A stretch of DNA of 33,147 nt, from the IMG/VR virus record IMGVR_UViG_3300020043_001076, positions 1 to 33,147 of that record. One strand, written 5' to 3'. Within the stretch, counting starts at the first letter, position 1, and each line of letters opens with the position of its first letter. Positions 1-9,237 of the stretch are shown piece by piece. The stretch comes from a virus. Lineage: Duplodnaviria; Caudoviricetes. The position numbers were made by a program, and so were the translations under genes. The notes under the pieces are model-generated. The model was not told the origin of the DNA. It did no database searches and saw only the letters and a program-made list of their open reading frames with translations.

Positions 1-708
1 CATCCAGATGAATTTGTAAATTGGTATCAAGATGTAGCATCTAACATCATGGCAAATCTAGCCAGTGATGGATCGTATTTTTGCAATATTAAGCCAAACG
101 CAGAAGGCATCAAAAGGGAACTCTATGTTTTTGATCTTGTCTTGGCACATGTTAGGGATTGGGGTTGGAATTTTGCAGATGAGTTTTGTTGGGAACGATC
201 GGGTATTCCACAACAAGTTGCAAGACGATTCAAAAACCAATTTGAACCAATCTATCACTTCACAAAAGGAGAGTGGAAATTTAGACCAGATGCTGTCAAA
301 CATGAATCAAAATCTGTTCCAAAAGCCAAAGGAAAAGGAGCTGGCAATACAAATGCAGCAATGAGACAAGGCCATGTTTCAGCAGTTGATGGAAATGATA
401 TTGCAGCAGGAATGGCTTATCCAGGCAACAGATTACCAACTTTCCAATCAGAAGCTTTGGGACATCCAGCAGCTTATCCAGTTGGATTGCCAGAGTTCTT
501 TATAAAGGCATACACAGATTCTGGTGATGTGGTCTTTGACCCATTCATGGGTAGCGGTTCAACCTTGATGGCGGCAGAAAAAAACGGACGCATCGCTTTT
601 GGAACAGAACTTAGTCCGACTTACGTTGATCTGATCATCAAGCGCTGGCAGCAATTCACAGGCAAGAAGGCGGTGCTGGAGGAGCAGGATGAACTTGCAG
701 ACGCTTGA
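1..708 (+). CDS. N4/N6 DNA methyltransferase (beta class), 5'-truncated by window edge
   Basis: Frame is open from base 1 (HPDEFVNWYQDVASNIMANL). It has HPAAYP and a C-terminal SAM-binding motif I (VFDPFMGSGST), followed by GTELSPTYVDLIIKRWQ. Catalytic motif IV lies upstream of the window. Confidence 0.9.
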   Translation, partial: HPDEFVNWYQDVASNIMANLASDGSYFCNIKPNAEGIKRELYVFDLVLAHVRDWGWNFADEFCWERSGIPQQVARRFKNQFEPIYHFTKGEWKFRPDAVKHESKSVPKAKGKGAGNTNAAMRQGHVSAVDGNDIAAGMAYPGNRLPTFQSEALGHPAAYPVGLPEFFIKAYTDSGDVVFDPFMGSGSTLMAAEKNGRIAFGTELSPTYVDLIIKRWQQFTGKKAVLEEQDELADA

Positions 709-1297
709 ATACACCCCAACGCCAGAGCATCGCCGGCTGGTGGAGTCGACCAGCGGCATCGGCCTGCCGTACAACGAGATCGCGGCGCTCATTGGCGTGG
801 ATGAGCAAACGCTCTTTGAGCACTACGGCCGCGAGATAGAGCTTGGCCAAGCCAAGGCGAACGGCCAAGTGGCCAAGGCGATCTACAACAAGGCGGTGGA
901 CGGCGATGCTGCCTCCATCAAGCTGTGGAATGAAAACCAGAACAAAATCAAACGGGGCCGGGGCAGGCCAAAGGGGTCGTTTAAGACGCCCATGCACAGG
1001 CTGGCTGAAAACAAGCTGCCGGAGATAATACAAAAGACCGACAATCAAAAGATAAAAGAATTAAAAAAGATTCTTTTAGACAGTGCCGGGTCTGGGGTTG
1101 TGACGAAGGCGATTGAAATTGCGATGAACGACGACCACCCGGCGCAGGCGGCGATGATTAAGCTGTGCATGGACCGGATGCTGCCGGTGTCCATGTTTGA
1201 AAAAGAAAAGCATTTGCGCTCTGCGGTGACAATTAACATCACCGGCTTGGGGCAAGAGCCGACCATCATTGAGCCGCAGGACATAACTGATGTCTGA
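689..1297 (+). CDS. Terminase small subunit-like protein (N-terminal HTH-like module, AT-hook-like RGRGRP, TerS-like C-terminus)
   Basis: Directly upstream of and overlapping TerL. GGAG RBS before the ATG. EIAALIGVDEQTL is HTH-like and the protein ends in a beta-strand VTINITG typical of TerS C-termini. Confidence 0.65.
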   Translation: MNLQTLEYTPTPEHRRLVESTSGIGLPYNEIAALIGVDEQTLFEHYGREIELGQAKANGQVAKAIYNKAVDGDAASIKLWNENQNKIKRGRGRPKGSFKTPMHRLAENKLPEIIQKTDNQKIKELKKILLDSAGSGVVTKAIEIAMNDDHPAQAAMIKLCMDRMLPVSMFEKEKHLRSAVTINITGLGQEPTIIEPQDITDV

Positions 1298-2549
1298 CTT
1301 AAACTTTAGCCTCCTGCCCTGGCAGCAGACGGTCTACACCGACCAGACCCGGTTCAAGGTGATCGCCGCCGGGCGGCGCTGCGGAAAAAGTCGGCTGGCC
1401 GCAACGACTCTGATCATTGAGGGCCTGCGCTGCCCACCGGGGTCAGCGGTGCTGTACGTCAGCCCGACGATGGGGCAGAGCAGGCAGATCATCTGGGATT
1501 TGTTGCTGGACCTTGGCAAAGAGGTGATCCAGGGCAGCCACGTCAACAACTTGGACATCACGCTGATCAACGGCGCGCGCATCTACGTCAGAGGCGCAGA
1601 CCGGCCCGACACGCTGCGAGGCGTCAGCCTGACCTACGCCGTACTAGACGAGGTGGCCGACATCAAGCCCGAGGCGTGGGAGCAGGTGATTCGGGCGTCT
1701 CTGTCGGACAAGAAGGGCCGGGCGATGTTCATCGGCACGCCCAAAGGGCGCAACTGGTTTCACGACCTGTGGAAGCTGGGGCAAGACGAGCAGGACAAGG
1801 ACTGGAAAAGCTGGCACTTCACCACGCAGGACAACCCGCTGATCGACCCGACGGAGATCGAGAGCGCCAAGAAGACCCTCTCCTCGTTTGCGTTTAAGCA
1901 GGAATACTTGGCGAGTTTCAGCAACGCTGGCGCGGACGTGTTCAAAGAGGAGTGGATCAAGTACGGCGAGGAGCCGGACTACGGCAGCTACTTTGTGGCC
2001 GTGGACTTGGCTGGGTTTGAGGAAGTTGCCAAGCAGGCGGCCAACAGCAAGAAGCGGCTGGACGAGTCGTCGATTGCGGTGGTGAAGGTGACGGACGACG
2101 GCAAGTGGTTTGTCAAGGAGATTCAGCACGGGCGCTGGGACATCCGCGAAACGGCGTCGAAAATCCTGCTGGCGATGCGGGAGTACAGGCCGCTGTCGAT
2201 TGGCATCGAGCGAGGGGCGCTCAAGAACGCAGTGCTGCCGTATCTGAGCGACCTGATGCGTAAAAATAACGTGTACAGCCACATCGTGGACCTGACGCAT
2301 GGCAACCGAAAGAAGACTGATAGAATCATTTGGTCGTTGCAGGGCCGGTTCGAGCATGGCAGAATCGTGCTCAACAGCGAAGAAGACTGGTCTGTGTTCG
2401 TGGACCAGTTGCTGATGTTCCCATCGCCCGGTGTTCACGATGACCTGCCGGATTCACTGTCCTACATCGACCAACTGGCTGTCACCAGCTACTTTGAGGA
2501 CGCAGATGACAGTGATTGGGAGCCAATGGATGTAATTTCAGGGGTCTGA
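1290..2549 (+). CDS. terL: Terminase large subunit
   Basis: Walker A AAGRRCGKS, Walker B AVLDE, coupling motif GTP, RNase H-like nuclease VDLA...HDDLPD. Confidence 0.95.
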   Translation: MSDLNFSLLPWQQTVYTDQTRFKVIAAGRRCGKSRLAATTLIIEGLRCPPGSAVLYVSPTMGQSRQIIWDLLLDLGKEVIQGSHVNNLDITLINGARIYVRGADRPDTLRGVSLTYAVLDEVADIKPEAWEQVIRASLSDKKGRAMFIGTPKGRNWFHDLWKLGQDEQDKDWKSWHFTTQDNPLIDPTEIESAKKTLSSFAFKQEYLASFSNAGADVFKEEWIKYGEEPDYGSYFVAVDLAGFEEVAKQAANSKKRLDESSIAVVKVTDDGKWFVKEIQHGRWDIRETASKILLAMREYRPLSIGIERGALKNAVLPYLSDLMRKNNVYSHIVDLTHGNRKKTDRIIWSLQGRFEHGRIVLNSEEDWSVFVDQLLMFPSPGVHDDLPDSLSYIDQLAVTSYFEDADDSDWEPMDVISGV

Positions 2550-2550
2550 T

Positions 2551-4581
2551 ATGGATCAAAACGAGTTTGACGAGCCGACAGAGAATGACAAAGAGCTGAC
2601 GGCCTTTGTTGTTGACCATTGCGACCGCTGGCGCGACTACCGCAACACCAATTTTCTCGATGATTACCTAGAATACGAGCGTATTTTTAGGGGTGAGTGG
2701 GCCTCTGAGGACAAAACCCGAGAGTCTGAGCGCTCCCGCATCGTGACCCCGGCCACCCAGCAGGCCGTGGAGACCCGGCACGCTGAGATCATGGAGGCCA
2801 TCTTCGGCCAAGGCGACTTTTTTGACATTGAAGACGACCTGCAAGACGTCAACGGCAACCCGTTGGACGTTGAGATGCTGAAAAAGCAGCTCATGGAGGA
2901 CTTCAAGCAGGACAAAATTCGCAAATCCATCGACCAGATCGAGTTGATGGCCGAAATTTACGGCACCGGCATCGGTGAGATCGTCGTCAAGACGGAAAAG
3001 GTCTTTGAACCGGCGACTCAGCCAATTCCTGGGCAAATGGGCCAAGCGGCCATCGGCGTGGTGGAAAAAACCCGCATTGCCGTCAAGATCATGCCCGTCA
3101 CCCCCAAAAACTTCTTGTTTGACCCCAACGGCACGTCAATCGACGACTGCATGGGCGTGGCGGTCGAGAAGTATGTGGGCATCCACAAGATCGTGCAGGG
3201 CATCGAAAAGGGCATCTACCGCAAGGTCAACATCCAGCCGTCCTACGAGGACACGGATTTGGAGCCAACGCAGGAGTTGAGCCAATACCGCGACGAAAAG
3301 GTGCGCCTGCTGACGTACTACGGTCTGGTGCCGCGAGAATACCTGACCGAAAAAGACGTTGAAGTTGAAGAATTGTTCCCCGACGACTCAGTTGCCGAGG
3401 ACTACACGGACATGGTGGAGGCGATTGTCGTGATCGCCAACGACGGGCTGCTGCTCAAAGCAGAAGAAAGCCCGTACATGATGAAGGACCGCCCTCTCAT
3501 CAGCTACCAAGACGACACGGTGCCCAACCGCCTGCTCGGGCGCGGTACGGTGGAGAAGTCCTACAACATGCAAAAGGCCATTGATGCCCAGGTCAGATCA
3601 CACCTAGACAGCTTGGCGCTGACAACCTCACCCATGATGGGCATGGACGCAACGCGCCTGCCCCGTGGGGCACGGTTTGAGGTCAAGCCGGGCAAGGCGT
3701 TCATGGTCAACGGCAACCCCGCTGAGATTCTCTACCCGTTCAAGTTCGGTGAGACAAGCCTGAACAACCTGAACACGGCCAAAGAGTTTGAGCGCATGTT
3801 GCTGCAAGCCACTGGCACGCTGGACAGCCAAGGCATGGTCAGCCAAGGCAACCGCGACGGCGCAGGCATGAGCATGGCGGTCGCCACGATCATCAAGAAG
3901 TACAAGCGCACGCTGGTCAACTTCCAAGAAGATTTTCTGATCCCCTTCATTCAAAAGGCGGCGTTCCGCTACATGCAGTTCGACCCCGAGCGCTACCCGA
4001 GCGTGGACATGAAGTTCCTGCCCACGGCCACCTTGGGCATCATCGCCCGTGAGTACGAGCAGCAGCAGTTCATCGGCCTGCTCCAGACGCTGGGGCCAAA
4101 CACCCCGGTGCTGCCGCTGATCTTGAAGGGCATCTTGAACAACTCCAGCCTGACCAACCGCTACGAGTTGATGGCCGCGCTCGACCAGATGAGCCAGCCC
4201 GACCCACAGGCCCAAGAGATGCAGCAAGTGCAGCAGCAGTTGGCCTTGCAAGCGGCGCAGGCCCAGATCGCGGTGAGCACCACACAGGCCGAGCAGAATC
4301 GAGCAGAAGCCACCAAGCTGATGACCGAGGCGCAGCTCATGCCCCAAGAGGTGCAGGCCAAGGTCATTGCGTCTACGACCAAGAACTTGCCTGCTGGCAA
4401 CGAGAGCAACGAGTTCGACAAGCGGGTTAAGATTGCTGAGTTGATGCTCAAAGAGGCTGACATCAAAAACAAGAGCAAGATTGTTGAACTCCAGATGAAC
4501 AACGCCAAGAACAATGTTGTAGACATGGAAAACGACTTCCTCCAAAATCTTTCCTCGGAGCTGACAAATGGCAATAGATAA
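2551..4581 (+). CDS. Portal protein (P22 gp1-like, long C-terminal coiled coil)
   Basis: 676 aa immediately after TerL. Contains IYGTGIGEI and GRGTVEK motifs and a Q/A-rich helical C-terminus. Confidence 0.88.
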   Translation: MDQNEFDEPTENDKELTAFVVDHCDRWRDYRNTNFLDDYLEYERIFRGEWASEDKTRESERSRIVTPATQQAVETRHAEIMEAIFGQGDFFDIEDDLQDVNGNPLDVEMLKKQLMEDFKQDKIRKSIDQIELMAEIYGTGIGEIVVKTEKVFEPATQPIPGQMGQAAIGVVEKTRIAVKIMPVTPKNFLFDPNGTSIDDCMGVAVEKYVGIHKIVQGIEKGIYRKVNIQPSYEDTDLEPTQELSQYRDEKVRLLTYYGLVPREYLTEKDVEVEELFPDDSVAEDYTDMVEAIVVIANDGLLLKAEESPYMMKDRPLISYQDDTVPNRLLGRGTVEKSYNMQKAIDAQVRSHLDSLALTTSPMMGMDATRLPRGARFEVKPGKAFMVNGNPAEILYPFKFGETSLNNLNTAKEFERMLLQATGTLDSQGMVSQGNRDGAGMSMAVATIIKKYKRTLVNFQEDFLIPFIQKAAFRYMQFDPERYPSVDMKFLPTATLGIIAREYEQQQFIGLLQTLGPNTPVLPLILKGILNNSSLTNRYELMAALDQMSQPDPQAQEMQQVQQQLALQAAQAQIAVSTTQAEQNRAEATKLMTEAQLMPQEVQAKVIASTTKNLPAGNESNEFDKRVKIAELMLKEADIKNKSKIVELQMNNAKNNVVDMENDFLQNLSSELTNGNR

Positions 4582-5437
4582 TATTTTTGGTGGCGGCGAC
4601 CTTGACCGGGTTGCTGACAACGTGTTTTCAGCGGTCAGCGATTCGGTCTCCGAGGTCAAGGCCATGCAAAAGCGCAAGGCTGCGGAGAACGTGCAAATTG
4701 TGGTGCAGGCTCTGAAGAAGATCGAGTCTGACTTGCAAGACAAGTACGACAATGTGACCACCGTGATTGAAAAACGTGTGGCCTCGATTAAAGATGGCAA
4801 AGACGGTCAAAACGGGGCCAATGGCCGCGACGGCAAGGACGGACGGCCCGGTCGTGATGGCTCTGTCGGCCCACGGGGCGCAAACGGTGCAGATGGTCGC
4901 AATGGCCGTGATGGCGAGGACGGCGTGTCGGTCACCGACGCCAGAATTGACTTTGACGGCTCACTGGTCATCAGCCTGTCGTCTGGGCGTGAGATCAATG
5001 TGGGCGAGGTTGTGGCACCTGACTTGGCCGAGAAGATCAAAGTGATCACCAACGGCGGCGGCACAAGCCAGAGCGTGCTGGACGCGATTGCTGCGCTGCA
5101 AGCCACAATCGCTACTTACGGCACAATGGCTTTGCAAAACGCCAACGCAGTCAATATCACAGGTGGAACTGTCAACCCAACCACGCTGCAAGAAGGCGGT
5201 GTTGCTGCTGTGGTTCAAACCGATATTGGCACAGCAGCCAACGAGATTCCGCTGAACCAGTACCTTGGTGACATGGCCTATATGAACAACGAAGCCGTGG
5301 TCATTCAGCCGCAAGCATCAGTTACGCCAAATGGAATTGGTGACATGGTGTTTCAACTCACCTCTGACACCAGCTTAGTAATCAAAGTTAAAGGCAGTGA
5401 TGGCACTGTACGCTCGGCAACACTGACACTTGCATAA
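4568..5437 (+). CDS. Collagen-repeat virion fibre/adaptor protein
   Basis: N-terminal coiled coil, about 15 G-X-Y triplets, then beta-rich fibre-like segments (GTMALQNANAVNITGG). Confidence 0.75.
   Translation: MAIDNIFGGGDLDRVADNVFSAVSDSVSEVKAMQKRKAAENVQIVVQALKKIESDLQDKYDNVTTVIEKRVASIKDGKDGQNGANGRDGKDGRPGRDGSVGPRGANGADGRNGRDGEDGVSVTDARIDFDGSLVISLSSGREINVGEVVAPDLAEKIKVITNGGGTSQSVLDAIAALQATIATYGTMALQNANAVNITGGTVNPTTLQEGGVAAVVQTDIGTAANEIPLNQYLGDMAYMNNEAVVIQPQASVTPNGIGDMVFQLTSDTSLVIKVKGSDGTVRSATLTLA
4796..4930 (+). repeat. Collagen-like (Gly-X-Y)15 coding repeat
   Basis: GKD GQN GAN GRD GKD GRP GRD GSV GPR GAN GAD GRN GRD GED GVS. Confidence 0.9.
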
Positions 5438-5446
5438 GGACGCAAC

Positions 5447-7267
5447 ATGAGCATTACATCTAATTTCCCCGCAATCAAGCCAACGCTGTTGCTTGATTTT
5501 GCCAACGTCAAACAACTCGACCCACGCATCACATTTACACGGGCCAGCACAGCAACGTATTACGGTACGCAGACTGCCAAGGCTGAGGAGAATTTAATTC
5601 TGTATTCAGAACAGCTTAGTAACGGCGCTGGTTGGAGTACCTCAAATATAACTGCGGATGGAGATACAGACACGGCCCCTAACGGAACAATCACAGCAGA
5701 TCGAATTACAAGCAATTCCACCCCAACACAATGCGGTATCAGTAGCATTACGGCCACATTCTCAGCAAGTCAACCTTTGACAGTCAGTGTTTTTGCAAAA
5801 GCAGGTTCTGCAACATTTTTGCAAATCTTTATCCCGACATCAGTATTAAGTGGTGGCTATGCCAACTTTAACCTTAGTACTGGCGCAGTTGGCAACTTTG
5901 GCGGTACTGGACTTACAGCTTCAATTGTTTCTGTTGGAAACTCTTGGTATCGCTGTAGTGTGTCAATTGCTTCTGTAAGCGCATCAGCGACAGACGCAGC
6001 AACTTTTTATATGGTTGATTCTGCTACCGCCGCACGGGGAGCAAACTTCAGCACAAATTCCCAACAATTGCTTTTATGGGGCGCTCAAGTAGAGCAACGC
6101 AACGCAGTATCTGGCTACACCCTCACAACCATACAGAGAATCACCAACTACATTCCTGTATTGGAAACAGCAGCGTCTGGTGTTGCTCGGTTTGGCCACA
6201 ACCCCACTACGTTTGAAAGTTTGGGGCTGTTGATTGAGGAGCAGCGAACCAACCTGTTAACGTATTCCGAGCAGTTTGATAATGTGGCTTGGACTAAAAC
6301 GCAGTCAAGCATTGTTTCCAACACAGTTGTTGCTCCAACTGGGTTGTTAACGGGCGATTTGCATTTACCAAATACAACTGCTGCGGAGCATTCGATTTCT
6401 CAAAATTTTAGTTTTGTTTCTGGAACAACTTATACGCTCAGTATTTATTTAAAAGCTGCTGGCTATACGCAATGCAGAATTCGTTTTCAATCAGGTGCAT
6501 TTGGTGGTACTGCCCAATCTATTGATGTTGATTTGGTTGCCGGGACTGCGGTTTCAGCTTCTGGCTCACCTATTCCAACCATAACTAATGTCGGGAATGG
6601 TTGGTACAGAGTTACATCAACAGCCACTGCTGCGGCGACAATCAGTGCCGCAGTATCTGTTTTTCCTATTATTGGAGGATCAACAACAGGTGCAGGCGAT
6701 GGGTACTCAGGCATCTACATCTGGGGCGCTCAACTGGAGGCCGGAGCATTTGTCACCAGCTACATCCCCACAGTAGCAAGTCAAGTCACTCGTGCGGCTG
6801 ATGCTGCAAGCATGACAGGGACGAACTTCAGCAGTTGGTATAACGCTACTGAAGGCACTTGGTTCGCTGACTTTACACCTCCAACATCTGACTATCTGGC
6901 CAACAAAAACCTGTTTCTGGCCTCTGATGGCACTACGTCTAACTTTAATGGCTTGCGCTACGTCACTTCTGGCTCTCGTCCGGGGTTAGGCGTTACGACA
7001 GCAGGCACAACACAGGCAAGCATTGCGACAACTGCAATGGTTGCAAACACAGCGTACAAGATGGCAGGCGCGTACAAGCTCAACGACTTTGCCGTAAGCC
7101 GCAATGGTGCAGCCGTGGTTACTGATGCTAGTGGGACAATCCCCACAGTCACGCAAGCAGAGATTGGTATGTTGGCTGGAACATCTTTTGGCTCTCAAAC
7201 CATTAAAAAACTAGCCTACTACCCCATCCGCATAACCAACGCTCAACTACAGGCATTAACATCATGA
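5447..7267 (+). CDS. Head spike/fibre protein with two carbohydrate-binding-like modules and a C-terminal LamG/ConA-like domain
   Basis: ITFTRASTATY and GLLIEEQRTNLL motifs. Two copies of NL..YSEQ...VGN.WYR...WGAQ.E, then TSYIPT...VTRAAD. Rich in T/S/A/G. Confidence 0.75.
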   Translation: MSITSNFPAIKPTLLLDFANVKQLDPRITFTRASTATYYGTQTAKAEENLILYSEQLSNGAGWSTSNITADGDTDTAPNGTITADRITSNSTPTQCGISSITATFSASQPLTVSVFAKAGSATFLQIFIPTSVLSGGYANFNLSTGAVGNFGGTGLTASIVSVGNSWYRCSVSIASVSASATDAATFYMVDSATAARGANFSTNSQQLLLWGAQVEQRNAVSGYTLTTIQRITNYIPVLETAASGVARFGHNPTTFESLGLLIEEQRTNLLTYSEQFDNVAWTKTQSSIVSNTVVAPTGLLTGDLHLPNTTAAEHSISQNFSFVSGTTYTLSIYLKAAGYTQCRIRFQSGAFGGTAQSIDVDLVAGTAVSASGSPIPTITNVGNGWYRVTSTATAAATISAAVSVFPIIGGSTTGAGDGYSGIYIWGAQLEAGAFVTSYIPTVASQVTRAADAASMTGTNFSSWYNATEGTWFADFTPPTSDYLANKNLFLASDGTTSNFNGLRYVTSGSRPGLGVTTAGTTQASIATTAMVANTAYKMAGAYKLNDFAVSRNGAAVVTDASGTIPTVTQAEIGMLAGTSFGSQTIKKLAYYPIRITNAQLQALTS

Positions 7268-7521
7268 TCGACCTCTACCTCAAATTCACAGACGAAGCAG
7301 CAGCCACGGCGGTTCTTTACACCGAAGACCGCCCCAACTTTGCCAACATCAGCACCATTGGCATCATATACAAGCCTACAGGCGAAACAGATGCTGAAGG
7401 CAACCCTGTAATGGCTGCATTGGATGGCTGGCACGTTAATGTTCGAGTGATTCATGAAGACTCAACTACAATCAATCAATATGCTGTAGCCGCCATCACG
7501 CCAGTGCGTGTTTGGGCTTAA
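7264..7521 (+). CDS. Small fibre-associated protein
   Basis: ATGA overlap with the fibre gene; contains GWHVNVR and ends PVRVWA. Confidence 0.7.
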   Translation: MIDLYLKFTDEAAATAVLYTEDRPNFANISTIGIIYKPTGETDAEGNPVMAALDGWHVNVRVIHEDSTTINQYAVAAITPVRVWA

Positions 7522-7537
7522 ATCTTGGGGCCGAAGT

Positions 7538-7717
7538 ATGACCACAATCGACGCAACCGAAGCACGACTTTCCACCCACGAGGAGGTCTGCGCGTTTCGC
7601 TACGAGCAAATCAACGCCAGGCTCAAACGGCTTGAAGGCATCATCATCAAGACCGCTGGCCTGATGCTTGTGTCGATGGGGGGCGTCATATTTTCAGCCC
7701 TTTGGATAGCAAAATGA
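7538..7717 (+). CDS. Small coiled-coil plus C-terminal TM protein (XhlA-like architecture)
   Basis: MTTIDATEARLSTHEEVCAFRYEQINARLKRLE then a hydrophobic helix. ATG 7538 preferred over the ORF-track start. Confidence 0.7.
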   Translation: MTTIDATEARLSTHEEVCAFRYEQINARLKRLEGIIIKTAGLMLVSMGGVIFSALWIAK

Positions 7718-7806
7718 GAGACTTTGCCGAGGCCTTGGTCGCGGCAATTTTGATTGTTGGCATCGTTATCTGGACAGCCAAAGTATTGATAGAGATATTG
7801 CGATGA
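7714..7806 (+). CDS. 30-aa single-TM microprotein (not in ORF track)
   Basis: MRDFAEALVAAILIVGIVIWTAKVLIEILR, with ATGA overlaps at both ends. Confidence 0.7.
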   Translation: MRDFAEALVAAILIVGIVIWTAKVLIEILR

Positions 7807-8297
7807 TCGACCCCATCACCGCCCTTGCAGCCGTCACGTCTGCGGTCAAGCTCGTCAAGCAGGCGGTCAAGACCGTGGACGATGTGCGCAGCCTCGGCCC
7901 GGTGCTGGGCAAATACTTTGATGCCAAGGCCGATGCGGTCAAGGTGCTTGAAGAAGGCTCCAAGGCCGGGTTCAAAGGCTCCAACATGGCAAAGGCCATC
8001 GAACTGGAGCTGGCTATCGAAAGCGCCAGGCAGTTTGAGGAGCAGGTCAAAGGCTTGTTTTTCCCCAACAACATGGACGTTTGGGAAAAGATCGTCAACC
8101 GGCGCAACCAGATGGATGCCGACGAAAAGGCGCAGCGTCGCAGGGCCGCAGATGCGGCCATCCAAGCCCGTAAGAAACGGGCCGAAGACTTGGAGCTGTG
8201 GATCGCTATAGGCTTATCAGGCACGGTGCTGGTGCTGTTGCTTTGGGGCGGTGCGGAACTTATTTATTACTGCCGGGAGGTCAAATGTGGAAATTGA
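7803..8297 (+). CDS. Helical protein with C-terminal TM segment
   Basis: MIDPITALAAV start, coiled-coil middle, LWIAIGLSGTVLVLLLWGG TM segment. Confidence 0.75.
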   Translation: MIDPITALAAVTSAVKLVKQAVKTVDDVRSLGPVLGKYFDAKADAVKVLEEGSKAGFKGSNMAKAIELELAIESARQFEEQVKGLFFPNNMDVWEKIVNRRNQMDADEKAQRRRAADAAIQARKKRAEDLELWIAIGLSGTVLVLLLWGGAELIYYCREVKCGN

Positions 8298-8494
8298 TTT
8301 TGCCTTTGATGCTGCTGGGGTGCGACGAGCAATATCGGTACTTTTGCCAAAACCCCGACAACTTCCAAAAGGAACAGTGCCAAAAACCCCACTGCCAGTT
8401 TACGCAGACTTGTCCTGAATACCTGATCGCGCCAGTCCTGGAGAAACAAATTGACCAAACCAAACCAGCCGCCGAGCCAACCCCTGTCCGTTGA
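8285..8494 (+). CDS. Cys-rich lipoprotein
   Basis: MWKLILPLMLLG-C lipobox with GGAGG RBS upstream, then four further Cys (YFCQNP...CQKPHCQFTQTCPEYL). Confidence 0.75.
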   Translation: MWKLILPLMLLGCDEQYRYFCQNPDNFQKEQCQKPHCQFTQTCPEYLIAPVLEKQIDQTKPAAEPTPVR

Positions 8495-8765
8495 GCAAGT
8501 TCAGGTCCGAATCTGGGCCTTTGTCGTCGTCGCTGTGACTTTGGCGCTCATTTTCATTGTTGGCGCGATGCTGTACTCTGTGACGTTTGTAACCCAGCCG
8601 ATCAAGGCGATGGCCCCCATCGACCAGGCTTACACCAAGATGCTCAACGACATTGTGCTGCTGATTGTCGGCGGCATTGGCGGCATCATGGGCAAGCGCA
8701 TTGTGAGCGAACCAACCAAACCAAAAGAGGAACCAGATGACACCGGAACTCCAAAAGTATTATGA
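8451..8765 (+). CDS. Two-TM membrane protein (holin-like topology)
   Basis: GGAG RBS before TTG; two hydrophobic helices and a charged C-tail. Confidence 0.65.
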   Translation: MTKPNQPPSQPLSVEQVQVRIWAFVVVAVTLALIFIVGAMLYSVTFVTQPIKAMAPIDQAYTKMLNDIVLLIVGGIGGIMGKRIVSEPTKPKEEPDDTGTPKVL

Positions 8766-8976
8766 GGACAGGTTCGACCTGTTCTCTCAGCAAGGCTGGC
8801 TTGACTTGATGGAGGACGTTGACACCATGCTGGACGCAATGAACAATGTCTCTACCATTGCGGATGAAAAAAGTCTACAATTTCGCAAAGGTGAGATTTC
8901 TATCCTGACTTGGCTGAAAACCCTGAAAGGGGTCAGCGAACGAGCATACGAGGATTTGAATGAGAAGAATGTTTGA
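8737..8976 (+). CDS. Hypothetical phage protein
   Basis: GAGG RBS, coding-like codon usage, overlaps both neighbours. Confidence 0.75.
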   Translation: MTPELQKYYEDRFDLFSQQGWLDLMEDVDTMLDAMNNVSTIADEKSLQFRKGEISILTWLKTLKGVSERAYEDLNEKNV

Positions 8977-9187
8977 ATTTGCCTGCGAATGTGGGCAACG
9001 CACGGAGGCTTTGGTGGTTTATGAGACCACTGAAGTGTCGTGTGGATGCGGCGGTACAGCCAGCCGTGTCATAAGCGCCCCGGCGTTTAACTTGGAAGGA
9101 TGGTCAGGCCATTTCCCCACTGCGCACGCGCAGTTTGGCCGCCGCCACACGGAAAAGTTAGCCGCCGAGCGCAAAGCCAACTCATAA
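8960..9187 (+). CDS. FmdB-like zinc-ribbon protein
   Basis: FEFACECG...VSCGCGG...RVISAP; GAGG RBS. Confidence 0.7.
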   Translation: MRRMFEFACECGQRTEALVVYETTEVSCGCGGTASRVISAPAFNLEGWSGHFPTAHAQFGRRHTEKLAAERKANS

Positions 9188-9237
9188 GCCACTGGCCGAG
9201 TTGAATCTCCTACAACCATTTTGGCAGGAACATAAAT

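Noticed and set aside
1-708. Restriction-modification system
   Set aside because: No adjacent restriction endonuclease; orphan methyltransferases next to terminase genes are common in phages.
1644-4800. Long minus-strand ORFs (264 and 390 aa, and similar ones at 9859-10791 and 12541-13383)
   Set aside because: They are antisense shadows of GC3-biased genes, with no RBS or motifs.
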